Source: Eledone cirrhosa (taxonomy: Eukaryota). Taken from it: DNA of 64,000 nucleotides. The stretch is from the NCBI GenBank assembly GCA_964016885.1, contig OZ024750.1, positions 49,104,001 to 49,168,000 on the forward strand. Direction: 5' to 3'. The first letter of the stretch is position 1. The number at the start of each line of letters is the position of its first letter. Below the pieces are notes generated by a model. That model did no database searches, was not told the DNA's origin, and was given only the letters and a program-made list of their open reading frames with translations. Shown one piece after another: positions 26,715 through 41,559 of this stretch. A program made the translations under genes and the position numbers.

Positions 26715-28575
26715 ATCATTCGCTCTCACCCCTAACGTGGTTCAATCCTCCTCACAATACTGAGGTCGTAACAGCAATTGGAAATATCTTCTTCACATAA
26801 ACCACTTGATAAACACTTCCCACACCAACACCGTTACCACAATATCCTGTTTAAAATGTTCGTGTCGCACTACATCCAACGTTGTACAAAACGTTGCTTC
26901 ATCTAACAAAAGAAAACTCCTCTCCAATAGAATAAACAACAACGATATTAGTTGGTGAGCAAATTAGGAATTGCAACTCCCTCGATAGATCATCATGTCC
27001 CTTCAAATATAGATGCCGAGAACGAAACGTGTTCTACCTGTGCAATGTGAGGATGGAACATTCCAAAGCCTACATCGGATTAACTGCATTTGAGTTTAAG
27101 ACCCACTGCAGCATTTTCTGGCCATATTAGGGACCTGCAAGACAACATTATTACCTATTATCTAACATGAAGCCTACTTTGCAATTCAAAATCTTATGAG
27201 GGAGGACGCCCTCCGTACAATGTGTGCTCGGAGGAAACGATCCAGATGCTGTTTGCTAAGGACCAATTATGAAAGAAAAAGTATGAACCTGTTACCTCGT
27301 GTAGACATAGAATATATAGGACGCATCTTACCTTCAAACTTCCTCACGGCCTAAGTGGGTAGATCTTGGCTTTAATATCATTCCCACTTACATACTAAGT
27401 TAAAGGAAACCCCAAGCATCCTTAGGTAGAAATATAATATTTTTCTCTATTGTTAACACTTCCTGAACATCCTTAGGTAGCAATAGATCATCCGAACAGA
27501 TAGCTATGGAACCAGCCGGATCGATAGCTATAACACATTTCTAGACATCTTATTCATAGTTTAAGCACGATACACAACCTTACTCGAAGTCATTATTGGA
27601 CCGCCGCAATAGTGGACCTGTTATACGGAGTAAATGTTTACTAGCATATAAACTCATATTAGGCCAGTGCTAAGCACCATCAAAAGATATAGTGTTAGGG
27701 TTGTTAAAGAAAGCTCTTAGCTAAATTTCAATTCTATTATTTCCTTTTGCTAATGTTTTGCAATGGCTTTGACATAGATGCGAAATGTATACGCTTTGAG
27801 GCATTTCTTATATATAACAGGAACGTACCTTACCACAGAACCTTAGCTAAATTACAACAGTACGAGAACAGAAATAATTAGTAATATCTTTAAGATTTAG
27901 GGTAGATTTATTGTTGTTTGAAAATTAGTAAAATAGTGAATGAGGTGCTCTTCCAAGGCCATAGAGCAATTAATGACTAGATTACTCTATGTGGAGGAGA
28001 TATAGTAATATATTACAAATCGTTTCGTTTTTAGCAAACTGTTAAGCAAATTAACAAACACATAAATATACTACGCCATTCTCTTTGACTCGAATCCACC
28101 GAAATTATGTTGTCTCTGTTTGGGATTTTCCTCTTGAATTGAAGTTAAGCACAATAATATGTCTACAGATTAGAAATTGTTGATAAGCATAAATTCTCTC
28201 TTAATAGCGTGTGTGCGAGACTGACTGGCTTGGCGCTTCCAGGTCAGTAAGTCCACACATTTCCTAATTGATTTTTGGCCTGTTTAGCCCCTAACATCCA
28301 AGAGTGTAATAAATAAAATACACGACATTTAGCAGGATTAATCCAGCCATTTGATCTTAGGTAAACCCCAAACCCCAAATCACTGACACCTCCTGGAGAA
28401 AAACAAAAAACAAAAAGCTTTACGAGTTTTTGCTTTGACTGTCTGCCCATATATGGACTGTACCCATCGATAAGTTCAGCTAGATTCCCGCCGTATAGAT
28501 AATGGTGATTTAATTGAAAACTGGCGAAATGGCCGGAGCTCAGCCGTCAGGCTGCTTTAACTCTTCATATATATA
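26715..28575 (+). mobile_element. 5'-truncated Penelope-like element (thumb/linker, GIY-YIG, 3' region with decayed HHR)
   Basis: WFNPP...LDKHFP, then CNSLDRSSCPFKYRCRERNVFYLC...KAYIGLT...VCSEE...TSCRHR (26715-27312). HHR-like TCGATAA...GAAATGGC..GCCGTC at 28467-28548. Linking the 3' part to this element is inferred. Confidence 0.7.
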
Positions 28576-28711
28576 TATGTGTGTATATTTCGAGAGACAG
28601 AGGGAAAGAAATAAGTATATATCTATGCATGCAAATGCATAGATATATACTTTCAACTCACACACTGAAATACACACATACACATATATATATCTTTATT
28701 TATATATACAG

Positions 28712-29059
28712 TGTAGCGCCCCCACTCCCTTTGCGGGTGACAACAGAATTAAAATAAGAGTTGCGTCCCTTTGTGATGGTAGATACCCCTGGTGTCACCT
28801 ACAGGAGGTAAAAGGAGTTACGTCCGCTTGGCCACTATAAGTAAGAGGCTGAAAGATCAACTCCCTCTCTTTGACCTTCGCAGCAGTCTCGTTAACAACA
28901 CACCAGAATGCAGAGCACATCCTCAACTCACCAACAGCCCAAGGAGTCTCCAGCCTCCTCACTGTGAATGGTAAAATATATGTACGTTTCATTATTCACT
29001 TCTATGAAGTAAACCAGTATAAACACACTGCCAATCTTATTCTTTGTACAATCGTAACA
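28712..29059 (+). mobile_element. LTR-like sequence (possibly the 5' LTR of the downstream Gypsy)
   Basis: Bounded TGTAGCG...CGTAACA with a TATAA box at 28836. No TSD seen. Confidence 0.45.
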
Positions 29060-29269
29060 CAAATATGTTTACTAATACCACCCATTCCAAAGTAGTTGAC
29101 CGCGATTATGGAATAGAGAGCCTTCTAAAATCTTCTAAAAACTTGTAAAGACTTCTGCTCTATGGGTAACCCCATTGAATTATTTAACATTCTTGCGCAC
29201 CGTTTACTTGCTCTTTAGAACACTCCAACATTATTTTTAAACGCAACCTTCGAACATTGAACATTTCTA

Positions 29270-29703
29270 AATTGCAACCTTCTGATACAGCATTCGACTC
29301 TACGAAGCCTTCATAGCAAATGTATTATTTCTTTCTTTTAACAAGAGAAACATACACCATATGAAAAAAAAATGATGACGAAACTAATACTTTATTTTTT
29401 ACAACTATGCGAGAAAACGTAATTGAAAATTAAAAACAAAAAAAAAACAAAAAGAAAAAATTCGCTATTTCATACTTATTTTTCTTGTTAATTGTTCGTT
29501 TTACAAAGAAATTCAAAATGGCTGACTTGTCCGCCAATTTTCCCGCCATTTGTCTTCCTTCTCCGAAATGCAGACATCTGATTGGCTTAGACGCATCATG
29601 TGATTCCTTCTCCAATTAAAAAAAAAAAAAACGTTTAATTTTTCTGCCTTGAATTTTTTGTGACTTGTCGATCCCGGATTTTGCAAATTCACAGGTTACA
29701 AAT
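29270..29703. mobile_element. Possible MITE-like DNA element
   Basis: Imperfect inverted ends ATTGCAACCT / AGGTTACAAAT, non-coding. Confidence 0.3.
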
Positions 29704-29837
29704 ATATATATATTTGTTTTCCTATATTCATGGATGTTAAGGAAAATTTGTGTTGTTTTCCCCTTGTTCCAAACATCTAACACGCGTTGCATTTCTTTAC
29801 TTGGATATCATTTAGTATTTTTATGTGGAACTGATAC

Positions 29838-32835
29838 ATGCTAATAATGAGTAGTCCTAATTTACCTGCGTACTCCGGTAATCCCAAGCTCTGGTTTGCG
29901 CAACTGGACACATATTCTGTTGCACATAGAATTAAAATAGAGCAGAAACTCAATGTTTTGATTAGTGGCTTACCTTCGTCACTCGCCACCACGGTGAAAT
30001 ATTTAATAACGGACCCGCCAACCGGTACTTCGTATGATTCGTTGAGGACGGAAATATTAAGGAGAAACTGCCGTTCTGCTGAAAGCAGGTTTCGTGCATT
30101 ATTGGAGGACGAGTGTTTGTGTGACAGGTCGCCGTCCGAATGTTTACGCCACATTCGGGACCTCAGTGAATCGCCCGATGAGGATAGTTCATTTATCAAA
30201 AAGCTATTTTCCTCTCTCTTGCCAAACAATGTCCAAACAATGTCCAGATTATATTGTCTAACATAGTGGACTCGAGCTCGGTGGAGCAGATCGCTGCGTC
30301 TCCCGATCGAATTGTGGAATTATCTAGGAAAACTACCTCGTGGGACTCGCTTGTTGCCTCTTCGACCCTTCCGAACCAGCCCGTCTCGACACACGAGGAT
30401 GCCATGTTGAAGGCGATTGACGCATTGACGCGTCAAGTCGCGAAATTATGTAGGGAGAGAAGGCCATCTCCCTGGCGGCCAAGAAGTCGTTCGCGTTTTT
30501 TCGAGACTTCACGCCGTAACGCCAGCTCGCCCGCCACCAATCCACCATCGCTGATAAAGCAAAACACTTCCGGCCACCGTGTAACTATTCAACTTCGGGA
30601 AATGCAAACCAGAGCCACTGAAGGCGGCAGCTGATCTTTGTGCTACACACCCAAACTTCCACTTCTTTATTGAGGACCTCCTGTCCGGAAGATCTTTCCT
30701 CGCAGAGAGGGGAGCCTCCTGTAGCATTTGGCCGGTGAACTGTGTTAAAGAAACTCCTCCTGAGTCATCAATGAATCTACAAGATGTCAATCATTTGCCG
30801 ATACGGACTTTTGGACAAATCTCGCTCCCTCTGCAATTCAGAAATCTTTGACGAGAATTCAAATGGATATTTACGGTTGCTGACCTACCATATCCGATCT
30901 TGAGAGCGGATTTTCTACACCATTTAGCATTGACGGTGGACGTCCGTGGCCGACGTCTAGTAGACGGCATTACTGGTTTTTCTCTTCGTGGCCAGAAAGC
31001 TAATTTTGAAACGGTTACCCCGACCTTCTTCACCGCTAATGCTGGGAAGGCCTATCATGCATTGTTGCATTCTTTCCCACAGCTTACTCATGGACATTTT
31101 CGAGTTGTCGAACTGCCTCACTCAACCCTACATTTCATCTCCACTACTGGTGCTCCAGTGTTTTCCCGTCCTCGCCGCTTGCCTGCGGAGAAATTGAAGG
31201 CAGTACTGTCCGAATTCGATCATATGCTACAGCTAGGCATAATACGCCCATCTACGAGCCTTTGGGCTTCTCCGTTACACATGGTACCCACGACTTCTGG
31301 CAACTGGATACCCACTGGGGATTATAGGGAGTTGAATGTTATAACTGTCCCAGACCTGCAAGATTTTGCATCGGTGTTGCAGTTATGTAAAGTTTTCTCA
31401 AAGCTCGATTTGGTGCGAGCTTATCATCAGATTCCTGTCAAGAAAGAAGATATTCCGAAAACGGCCATTACGACTCCATTTGGATCATTCGAATTTCTTA
31501 CCATGTCTTTCGGACTTAGGAATGCTGCTAGCACCTTTCAACGGTTCATGGATGAGGTCACTCGTGGTTTAGACTTCGTCTACACTTATATTGATGATCT
31601 GCTTATTGCTAGTTCCTCCAGAGAAGAATACATACGTCATTTGAATCTTTTGTTTTGGCGACTCAAGGATTACAGTGTTCAAATAAATCCCACAAAATGT
31701 GTTTTCGGTGCGGAATCACTGAACTTTTTAGGTCATTTACTCCGAAGGTATTCGCCCCTCCCTCAACGAGTTCAGGCTCGAGAGAATTTTCCCCCACCGA
31801 CCTCACTTCGTCAGTTGCGACAATTTCTAGGACTAATACATTTCTATAAACATTTTGTTCCGCATTGTGCTGACCTACTCTTCTCTCGTACTGAGATCCT
31901 GAAAAATTGCGGGCATGAAGAACAAGGAAATCTCTTTGACTCAGACTCAGCTCGAGGTTTTTCAAAAACCCAAACCAGCAGCGGCTAGTGCATCTTTGCC
32001 TGACCCACCCAGTGACCACTACCAAGCTTTCGCTTTGTGTTGATGCGTTGGATACTGCAGTGGGTGCAGTCTTACAACAGAGAAGTGACGGTCACCAACA
32101 ACCATTGGAATGTTTCTCCAGGAAGTTGAAACCTGCAGAAACTCGCTACAGCACCTTTGGCCTGGAGCTGTTAGCCATCTACCTTTCCGTGAGACATTTT
32201 TCACATATGCTCGAAGGAAGGTATTTTACAATCTATATTGACCATAAAACTTTGACCTTCGCTTTAAGGGCAAAGTCCGACAATAATCGCCCAGAGAAAC
32301 AATGCATATCGACTTTATCTCGCAATTCACAAACGACATCCAACACATTCCAGGCTCATTGAACACAGCGGCTGACGCCCTGTCTCGATTGCCCATCAGT
32401 TCGATTGCCTCATCCCACGACATCGATTTAAATCACTAGGCAGCAGACCAGCCTGCACTGGAATCGTTGGACATTACATCATCCGAATTTGCGACGAGTA
32501 ATTTGAAATACCTGCCATTGCCCACCGCAGATGGACAGATTCTCTGCGACGTTTCCGTTGGTTCACCGAGACCATTCGTCCGGCTAAACCATCGTCGTAC
32601 TGTGTTTCTTGCTTTACACAACATTTCCCACTCAGGTTCTTCTGCCAAAGTAAAGCTCATAACAACCAGATTCTTCTGACCAAATATGAGGCGCGATATT
32701 ACTGCTTGGTGCCGTTCCTGCATCGCTTGCCACGAATCGAAAATCCATAAACACGTTAAGGCTCCGCTCGGTACTTTCAGTACACCGGACGCCCGTTTCC
32801 GGTACATTCATGTGGACATCGGGGGACTTTGGCCA
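29838..32835 (+). mobile_element. Ty3/Gypsy LTR retrotransposon (CsRn1-like) gag-pol, pseudogenised and truncated in integrase
   Basis: Gag NPKLWFAQL...DRSPSECLRHIR; decayed protease FLAERGASCS; [39 protein letters not shown]; RNase H VDALDTAVGAVLQQ...ELLAIY; integrase HNISH..CIAC and IHVDIGG, ending at (TA)n. Confidence 0.93.
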
Positions 32836-32919
32836 ATATATATATGTATGTGTATATATATATATATATATGTATGTGTATATAAATATATATGTATGTA
32901 TATATATATATATATATAT

Positions 32920-33985
32920 AAATATCTTTAAGTCGTTTCGAAGCCTCGACAATGCAAATGGGTAAATCTCCGGGTAACAAGATCCGGTGGTGGAGAGAGA
33001 GAGATGTAAGTGGGTGTACGTTGAGATGCGTGGGGTATAAAGATGTGTAAATGTGTAGAAGAAAGAAGGGAAGATATAAAGGATAAAATAAAAATAACAA
33101 CACAAGAGAGAGTTACCTTGGGAGAGATTTAATAGTCCCTATATATTTCGGATTCACATCCATCAACTGGGGTTTTTTTTTTCCGGGGTAAAGGTTGTCT
33201 GTCGGGCAGGTGCGAAACGCATCCTCCGCTGTTTGTTGTTTTGAATATCTGAGATATTCGGCAGAGCGCGCGTGCGCGTGAAATGGGTCGGTCGGGCAGA
33301 GGTCAGCGGCCAAATGAGGGAGTGGGGTGGCGCTAGCTGTCAGTCCATTCTCTGCCTGTTTGTTAAATGTTACTGTGTGTGTGTGTGCGTGTGTTGGTGT
33401 CTCGCTTGAGTGTGTGTGCGTGTGTAGTTGCCTTGTTCCTCTGTATTGGCAGTGTAGTATGTTTGTATGGTGGAATGCTACTGTGTGTGTGTGTGTAGTT
33501 GTCTCGTTTGTGTGTGCGTGTGTTGTGTGTTGCTACATCGTTTGCTAACTTAAACCAGCCATCTCATTTCGCTTCTCTGTAATCGGGTGTTTATTTGCGG
33601 TTGCAGGCGTTTGATGAAAAGTGCTTCTTGATACGCAACGTGCCGACGTTTCTTTCAGTCGCTAGAATTGTGTCAATGGGCCTTCCGTCTTTGTTTCCGC
33701 ATTTGTCTATGTATTTCCGGACAGACGAGGCCCTGGTTTTAGTGTGTTGCTTGATCCGGATGTGCAAAGGTCGGATTGTGCTACCTATGTAGTATTGGTT
33801 GCACCTGTCACATTCTATCTTATACACGACGTATGTGCGTAGGCAACAGTTCGCATCGCCTATCGGGCAGTCTTTAAGGAGCATGCGTCAGTAGATTTCC
33901 CGGGCTTCTAGGAGAGGCATCTTCCCAGGGAGGGGTCCGGGTGGGCCAGGTGGATGTCGAAGCCCTCACTCCGTATAGCCTAAGT
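32920..33985 (-). mobile_element. 5'-truncated Penelope-like element (GIY-YIG endonuclease plus 3' region)
   Basis: ORF 33591-33884 (-): VVYKIECDRCNQYYIGSTIRPLHIRIKQH, with a frameshifted LRIK-EALFI end. Flanked by (TA)n. Confidence 0.85.
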
Positions 33986-34177
33986 ATATATATATATATA
34001 TGTGTGTGCAGAGGTTATATTTAATTTGTTGGGATTCAAAAAGCTTAAACATGTTTATAACTGATATAAAGCACTCAACAGTTTAGTGGAGTAAATTCAC
34101 AATATATCCAGGAAGATCCAACCGGTAAGGGTGTCTTTTTTCCGGGTATGTCAATATGTATTTATAATGCAAATCTG

Positions 34178-34243
34178 TATTTTATGTGATGAAAGTGCAC
34201 CATAATCTGCCTTGGTTGCCCTTGAAATATATATAATAAAATA
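34178..34243 (+). ncRNA. Hammerhead motif (C3G mutated) in a PLE-type terminus
   Basis: TATTTTAT-GTGATGA-AAG..CTT-GAAA-T-ATAT-A-TA-ATAAAATA. Same family as 43567 and 58333. Confidence 0.6.
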
Positions 34244-34275
34244 AATATGGTTTTCTAAATATAGTTTCCATTTAT

Positions 34276-35757
<1,482 letters not shown>

Positions 35758-38700
35758 GTATATATTATTCATACTTATATATACACAATATATAATTTTA
35801 AACAGGAAGGGTCAGTAATTCATTACTACCATATTACCAGTAAGAAACATAGCTTAACGTAAATACATCAGCTTTTTACAGAGCAGCTATATAAGTTAGA
35901 TAATAATCAAGACTATGTTTAAAACATTTTACTGGTGACAATCGTTTCTTCCAAACTTTTGTTTGGAAATCAGCGGAGCTCTAACAAAGTTTAGACAAAT
36001 AATTAACTTTCTACTCGACAGAACAAACATATCGATACATAGATATTAGTGTTGTCATCATCAGTTTGATATTTACAGAGTGGAGATGTTGAGATCAGTG
36101 TTAGTGGAAGTGACAGCGATTACAAAATAATAGTATACAATTCAGGAGTCATTAAGGCAGAAAGTTACTCACAAAACGAGGACATTAGCAGTACATAATA
36201 TAATATAATGTATTCCAACAGAAAGTTTGGAAGAAACGAGTGTTAGCACAACATGTTTTGACCATAGTTTTGATTATTGTGTAACTTATATTCCTGCTCT
36301 GTAAAACATTTGATTTATTTAGATTGAGCTATTTTTCTTCCTTGTAATAAGGTAGTAATGAATTACTGCCCTTTCCTGTTTATACTTATATATAGTGTAT
36401 ATATAAGTATAAATAATATTACTATTATTAAGTGCTCCATACTGTTGAGCTAACATACACTAAATTACTAGTATGCTAATCAAAGCTTATCTTCCTAGGT
36501 CTACTAAGAACATACTAATACCATCTAGGGATACGTACGGAAAATTATTGATTAATAGTGTCAACTCATTTATCAATAGGGTGAGATGGAGAACATTCCA
36601 TTACGAGAGAAACCGATCAGACAAAAACAGATGCAAACAATTTCGACTCTTACGGCTTTAAAACTTTTAAAAGCCCACATCACAACACCTTACTAAACTC
36701 TTTCGAAAATGATCTAATAAAACTAGTTAAGTACATAAAGTACAGAAAACATCATAAAACAACACCTTCTTAAACAACCTTAACTCAACTATTAAAAGTT
36801 TTAATAACAATAAAACATTCTAGTACATGCTGATAGAACTAATAATATATATAGCCTAGATTACGATGCATATAGAACATTTATTCAGAAAGAACTACAT
36901 AGGAGCTATAGGAAAACCACTATTAAAAATCTTGCAGATATAAATATACCAGGCCATAGTATAGTATGTAAATTAGGACTTCAGAGACATACACAGTCAT
37001 ACACCCCTAGCCCCACAAGATTCTCTCTGAAGGACCATAAAGAACACTTAATTAGTAACCCTTTATAATACTAATTTGCTCTTTCAAATCTGACATTGGA
37101 ATTATCAGCAAGACAATATTAGATAGAATCATCCCACAATTTAAGCAGAAAATATATCTTAACCCGTAGGGAAATACAGGTGAATGGTTTAATGATATTA
37201 AAGATAATTAATGATATTAAAGATAATTAAAATTAAAAAAAATATACAATTTGATATTAATTCATACTACACCTCTGTTACTCCTATCCTATTAAATAAG
37301 GCATTAATTATGGCTATGAACAATAGTGACCTTACTAGATCCCAAATTGATGTCATGCTTGCCGCACGTAAAACCATAATTGCATTTGAAGATCAATTAT
37401 GGACCCGCAAAGATACACCTAACAACTTTGACATAACTATGGGATCTAGTCACTCGGCGCAGGTCACTGATTTGGTGGGTCTATATCTTTTAAATGAAAT
37501 TCATAGGAATCTACCCTACCTCAATGGTGGTTTATACCGTGACGATGCACTACTTCTTATTGACTATAACAAATTTAATATAGCAAGAGCTAGGAAACTA
37601 TTACATAAAAGTTTCAAGAATTTCAACTTAGCTATTACCTTAGAGAAAAACACTAAAAACGTTAACTTCCTTGATAATACCTTTTACCTGGACTCTACAA
37701 TATATACACCCTTTCATAAACCAAACAAAACAGTACTTTATCTAGATACCAACACTAACCAGCCTAAATCCATATTAAACGCAATTGCTAAAGGAATATC
37801 AAATGAAATATCTACTCTATCATATAATGAAACTATATTTAACAGTAATACCCAATACAATAATGAGGCCTTAGCTAAATCAGTCCATAAAAATGAAATT
37901 AAATTGTTACCTATAAAATCACCTAGTTACAACATTATTTCTCACAATATGGCCATGAGGGAAAATAATAGAAGTACTAACCACTATAACTCTAGTATGA
38001 AGGGTAATATCAAACTTAACTCGCACCAGAATAAACACCCTATTAATAATATAAACAGAAATATAAACAATACCTCAAATAAGATTACAAAAACAAAAAT
38101 ATAAGAAGAACTAATACATTTTTCAATCCTCCTTTCAATCTAAACGTCTCTACCAAGTTGCCTAAGGCTTTTTATAGAATCCAAGAAAAAAAACTTCCCA
38201 GTCGGCCACAAATACCACAATCTTATCAATAAAAATACCATTAAAATCTCTTACTATACCACACCTAACATCGCGTACCATATAGCTAGAATTAATAAAA
38301 GGAAGATTAATAATTATTTCCAGCTACTTAAATCACAACATGAGCTAAACATACATAGCAACATAATACCGGAGTATTCTACGAGCGATAATACTAATAG
38401 CAATAATTAAATTAATAAAAATGAGAATAATAATCATCATTACCCTAATGCTATCCCTAACAACCATGCATCTACACAACATATTAACCGGCAACCAAAC
38501 AACCAAAATAACTGTAAATGTAGAACAAATAGAAGTTGCCATTTACGTAAAAATTGCTTAATCAAATATATCATTTGCTTATGCAGTCAAGAGAATCAAC
38601 TCTTCAAAAACATATATCGGTTCTACTTCGAACTGATTTATCTCCACACTTTCAAAATTAGCAATCTGGCCAACTCCACTTCTTTATCTAACTACATACA

Positions 38701-39226
38701 CTCTGTGAAAACTAGGAATAGAACATATACACTTCAATGGGAAGTAATAGATAGGGCCGCATCGCATAAATCACCGAATAGATTACGTAACCTGTGTCTT
38801 CTAGAGACCCGCACTATAACCTATTCTAAGCTAAACCTCTTAAATAGAAAATCAGAAATATTTTCCATGTGCCAACACTATCACCGACACTCTTTCCACA
38901 ACTTTAAACATAACTGCTAGTGTATAACAATGTCAGATGTGGATTCCTCACCACAATTAGTACTTCACCTCTAGGTTCTATCAACATATAATTACCCCCA
39001 CAGCATCACACTCTATGATCAGCTCATTCCTCTACTTTCCTCCAATTTATCTCAAATCTTATACTCTACGAACCTATTAAGAATAAACATAAAGTTACCA
39101 CCGTTTACTATAACTACTATAGCTTACTTATCTATTGTTCAGTTATGGATAGATAATAATATAATGATACCTTTAATGTATTAAAGGAAAATATATTGCA
39201 TTTATAATTAAATATATAAATAAATA

Positions 39227-39405
39227 GTGGATTGGCAGTATCGGTAGAGGGTCGGACGCCTGGCATAGAGTTACGGCCCTTGCCATTCTTAGTTCAAATC
39301 CCGACGAGGTTAAATTTGCTTTTCATTCTTACGGGGTCGATTAAATAAAGTACCAGTAATACACTGGAGTAATTGCTGGCCTTGTGCCAAAATTAGAAAC
39401 AATTA
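39227..39405 (+). mobile_element. SINE family A
   Basis: Matches the family consensus. Confidence 0.9.
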
Positions 39406-39721
39406 TATAAAAGGGATTCACTTATAACATAATATAATATATATTGGCACAAGGAATTTAACTAATTGGAGCTGTAAAGAACTATACATTTTTTTGCTAT
39501 TACATACAAATTAATCGCTAATTACCTCCCCTTTCACATTTGCTCCCCTTAATATAGATCTCTAACTCACTACCACAACTTAAACCGTTAGAAGAATCAT
39601 TCCAGAACAACTCGAACCCTGGATAATAGTGTAATAGGACCAATATACAATCCATACTTGCAACTACTTAAAAACATTAAATAAAATATAACCAATGAAA
39701 CGGAAAAGAAAACATGAATAA

Positions 39722-39895
39722 TAAGTGTTTCTACTTTTGGCACAAGGCCAGCTATCAACCAGTACATTACTGGTACTTTATTTTATCGAACCCGTAAGGA
39801 TGAGAGGCAAAGTTGACCTCGGCGGGATTTGAACTCAGAATGGAAAGGGCCGTAACTATATGCGCCAAAGCATAACGTGCAATCCTCTACTGATA
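39722..39895 (-). mobile_element. SINE family A
   Basis: Reverse complement of the family consensus. Confidence 0.88.
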
Positions 39896-40359
39896 ATAAT
39901 ACTCTCAACACATGCACATTTGAATATTACAGGAACAATTATCACACTACATCCACCATGAACCTCATAGAAACTACTTTTAATACACAAATATCTGTGT
40001 CTGCTTAATAAGATTGTAAACCTGAGTTATATTATGTGATACCTTTGCCATACTGTAATATATATGCCTAGTACCATTGCTTGTTTCCTACCTATCTATC
40101 TTATACATCCATAACACTTTTGCACTCCCTATATGCTTGTGTATGTACTGCTAATGTCCTCGTTTTGCGAATAACTTTCTGCCTTAATGACTCTTTAATT
40201 GTTATACTATTATTTTGTCATCTCTGTCACATCCACTGACACTAATCTCAACAACCCCACCCTGTAAATATGAAACTGTTGATGACAACATTGATATCTA
40301 TGTATATATATGTTTGTTCTGTCGAGTAGGAAGATAATTATATGTCTAAACTTTGCTAG

Positions 40360-40407
40360 TGCTCCGATGATTTCCAAACGAAAGTTTGGAAGAAACGATT
40401 GTCAGCA
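40360..40407 (+). ncRNA. Type-I hammerhead, U4C core variant, in PLE 3' pseudo-LTR
   Basis: TGCT-CCGATGA-T-TTCCAAAC gaaa GTTTGGAA-GAAAC-GATT-GTC-AGCA. Confidence 0.7.
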
Positions 40408-40456
40408 ATAAAATGTTTTGAACATAGTTTTGATTATTGCGTAACATATATATATA

Positions 40457-40711
40457 GTGTTAGACTAGTACCTTTTTCTCATCTAACTTGAAAGGATAAA
40501 AGGCAAAGTTGAACATGCCAGATTTGATTTGAGAAAGCAAGAACCGGAACGACTGCCGCAAAGCATTCTATCCGAAGTTCTAACGATTCTGTCAATTCAC
40601 CGCCGTATATATATATATATATATAAGGCGGTGAAGACTGAAATCAAAAGAGGGCTCGATAAGGATAAATATATATCAAATATATAAGAACCGTAGAGCA
40701 AATATTTTTTA

Positions 40712-40763
<52 letters not shown>

Positions 40764-40856
40764 TAAAAAATATTTGCTCTACAGTTCTTATATATGTGAT
40801 ATATATTTATCCTTATCGAGCCCTCTTTGGATTTTAGTCTTCAGATTTATTATTAT

Positions 40857-40928
<72 letters not shown>

Positions 40929-41078
40929 CGCTGAATTGATTGACAGAATCGTTAGAACGTCGGATAGAATGCTTTGCGGCACTCGTTCCGGTTCTTGCTT
41001 TCTCAAATCAAATCTGGCATGTTCAACTTTGCCTTTTATCCTTTCAAGTTAGATGAAAAAAGGTACTAGTCTAGCACT
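40457..41078. repeat. ~620-bp inverted duplication (old SINE plus PLE 3' tip) centred on (TA)n
   Basis: 40457-40605 mirrors 40925-41078, and 40632-40716 mirrors 40758-40843. Confidence 0.85.
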
Positions 41079-41559
41079 GGGGACTATTCTGCCTCTATAT
41101 ATCAGTCTCACTTCATCTTTCTCACGCTATATCCTTCTCTGAAAGAAATGTTATGTATTCAGACTTGGAGAAGGAATGGTTCCCGTCAGATTTAAAAATG
41201 CCCTTCAAACGTCATATGTTAATGTCTCCTCTACAACTCCTTCTGGAGATATGGGACGATACATTTAATGTATGAGATATGTAGATTTTCAGATGCAGAG
41301 TGTCAAATATTTCAGTCGAAGTTGTGTAAAATATTTGAAATTTAAAAGAAAAAAAAAAAAGCGATTTGGTCTAACATTGGATGGTTGAAATTATCTATAG
41401 TTTTTCTTTTTTCTATGTAGAAAGATATCACGAATATAAATCATCTCACTATGAAATATTTTGAATACCCAAGATTACATAAGAATGACAATGGATTGCT
41501 GCTGGTTTCTCCTTTATATCGCCATTTTCAAATACACGTTTCACATTATATATATATAA

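Larger units (their letters stand above)
35760..40445 (+). mobile_element. Near full-length Penelope-like element (YRDD-type RT plus C-terminal GIY-YIG) with direct and inverted pseudo-LTRs, pseudogenised
   Basis: Disrupted ORF 36473-38920: STKNILIPS..FINRVRW, QFDINSYY, FDITMGS, GLYRDDAL, FFNPPF, KTYIGST, NLCLLE...MCQH. 3' pLTR at 40140-40445, partial 5' pLTR at 36210-36420, inverted pLTR at 35760-36196. Confidence 0.9.

Noticed and set aside
32925-33000. Possible hammerhead at the 3' end of the minus-strand PLE (GAAACGACTTA)
   Set aside because: The core and stems could not be assigned convincingly.
36473-38920. Selenocysteine or readthrough recoding of the PLE ORF
   Set aside because: The interruptions are mostly TAA/TAG stops and frameshifts, consistent with ordinary decay, and the endonuclease is C-terminal.
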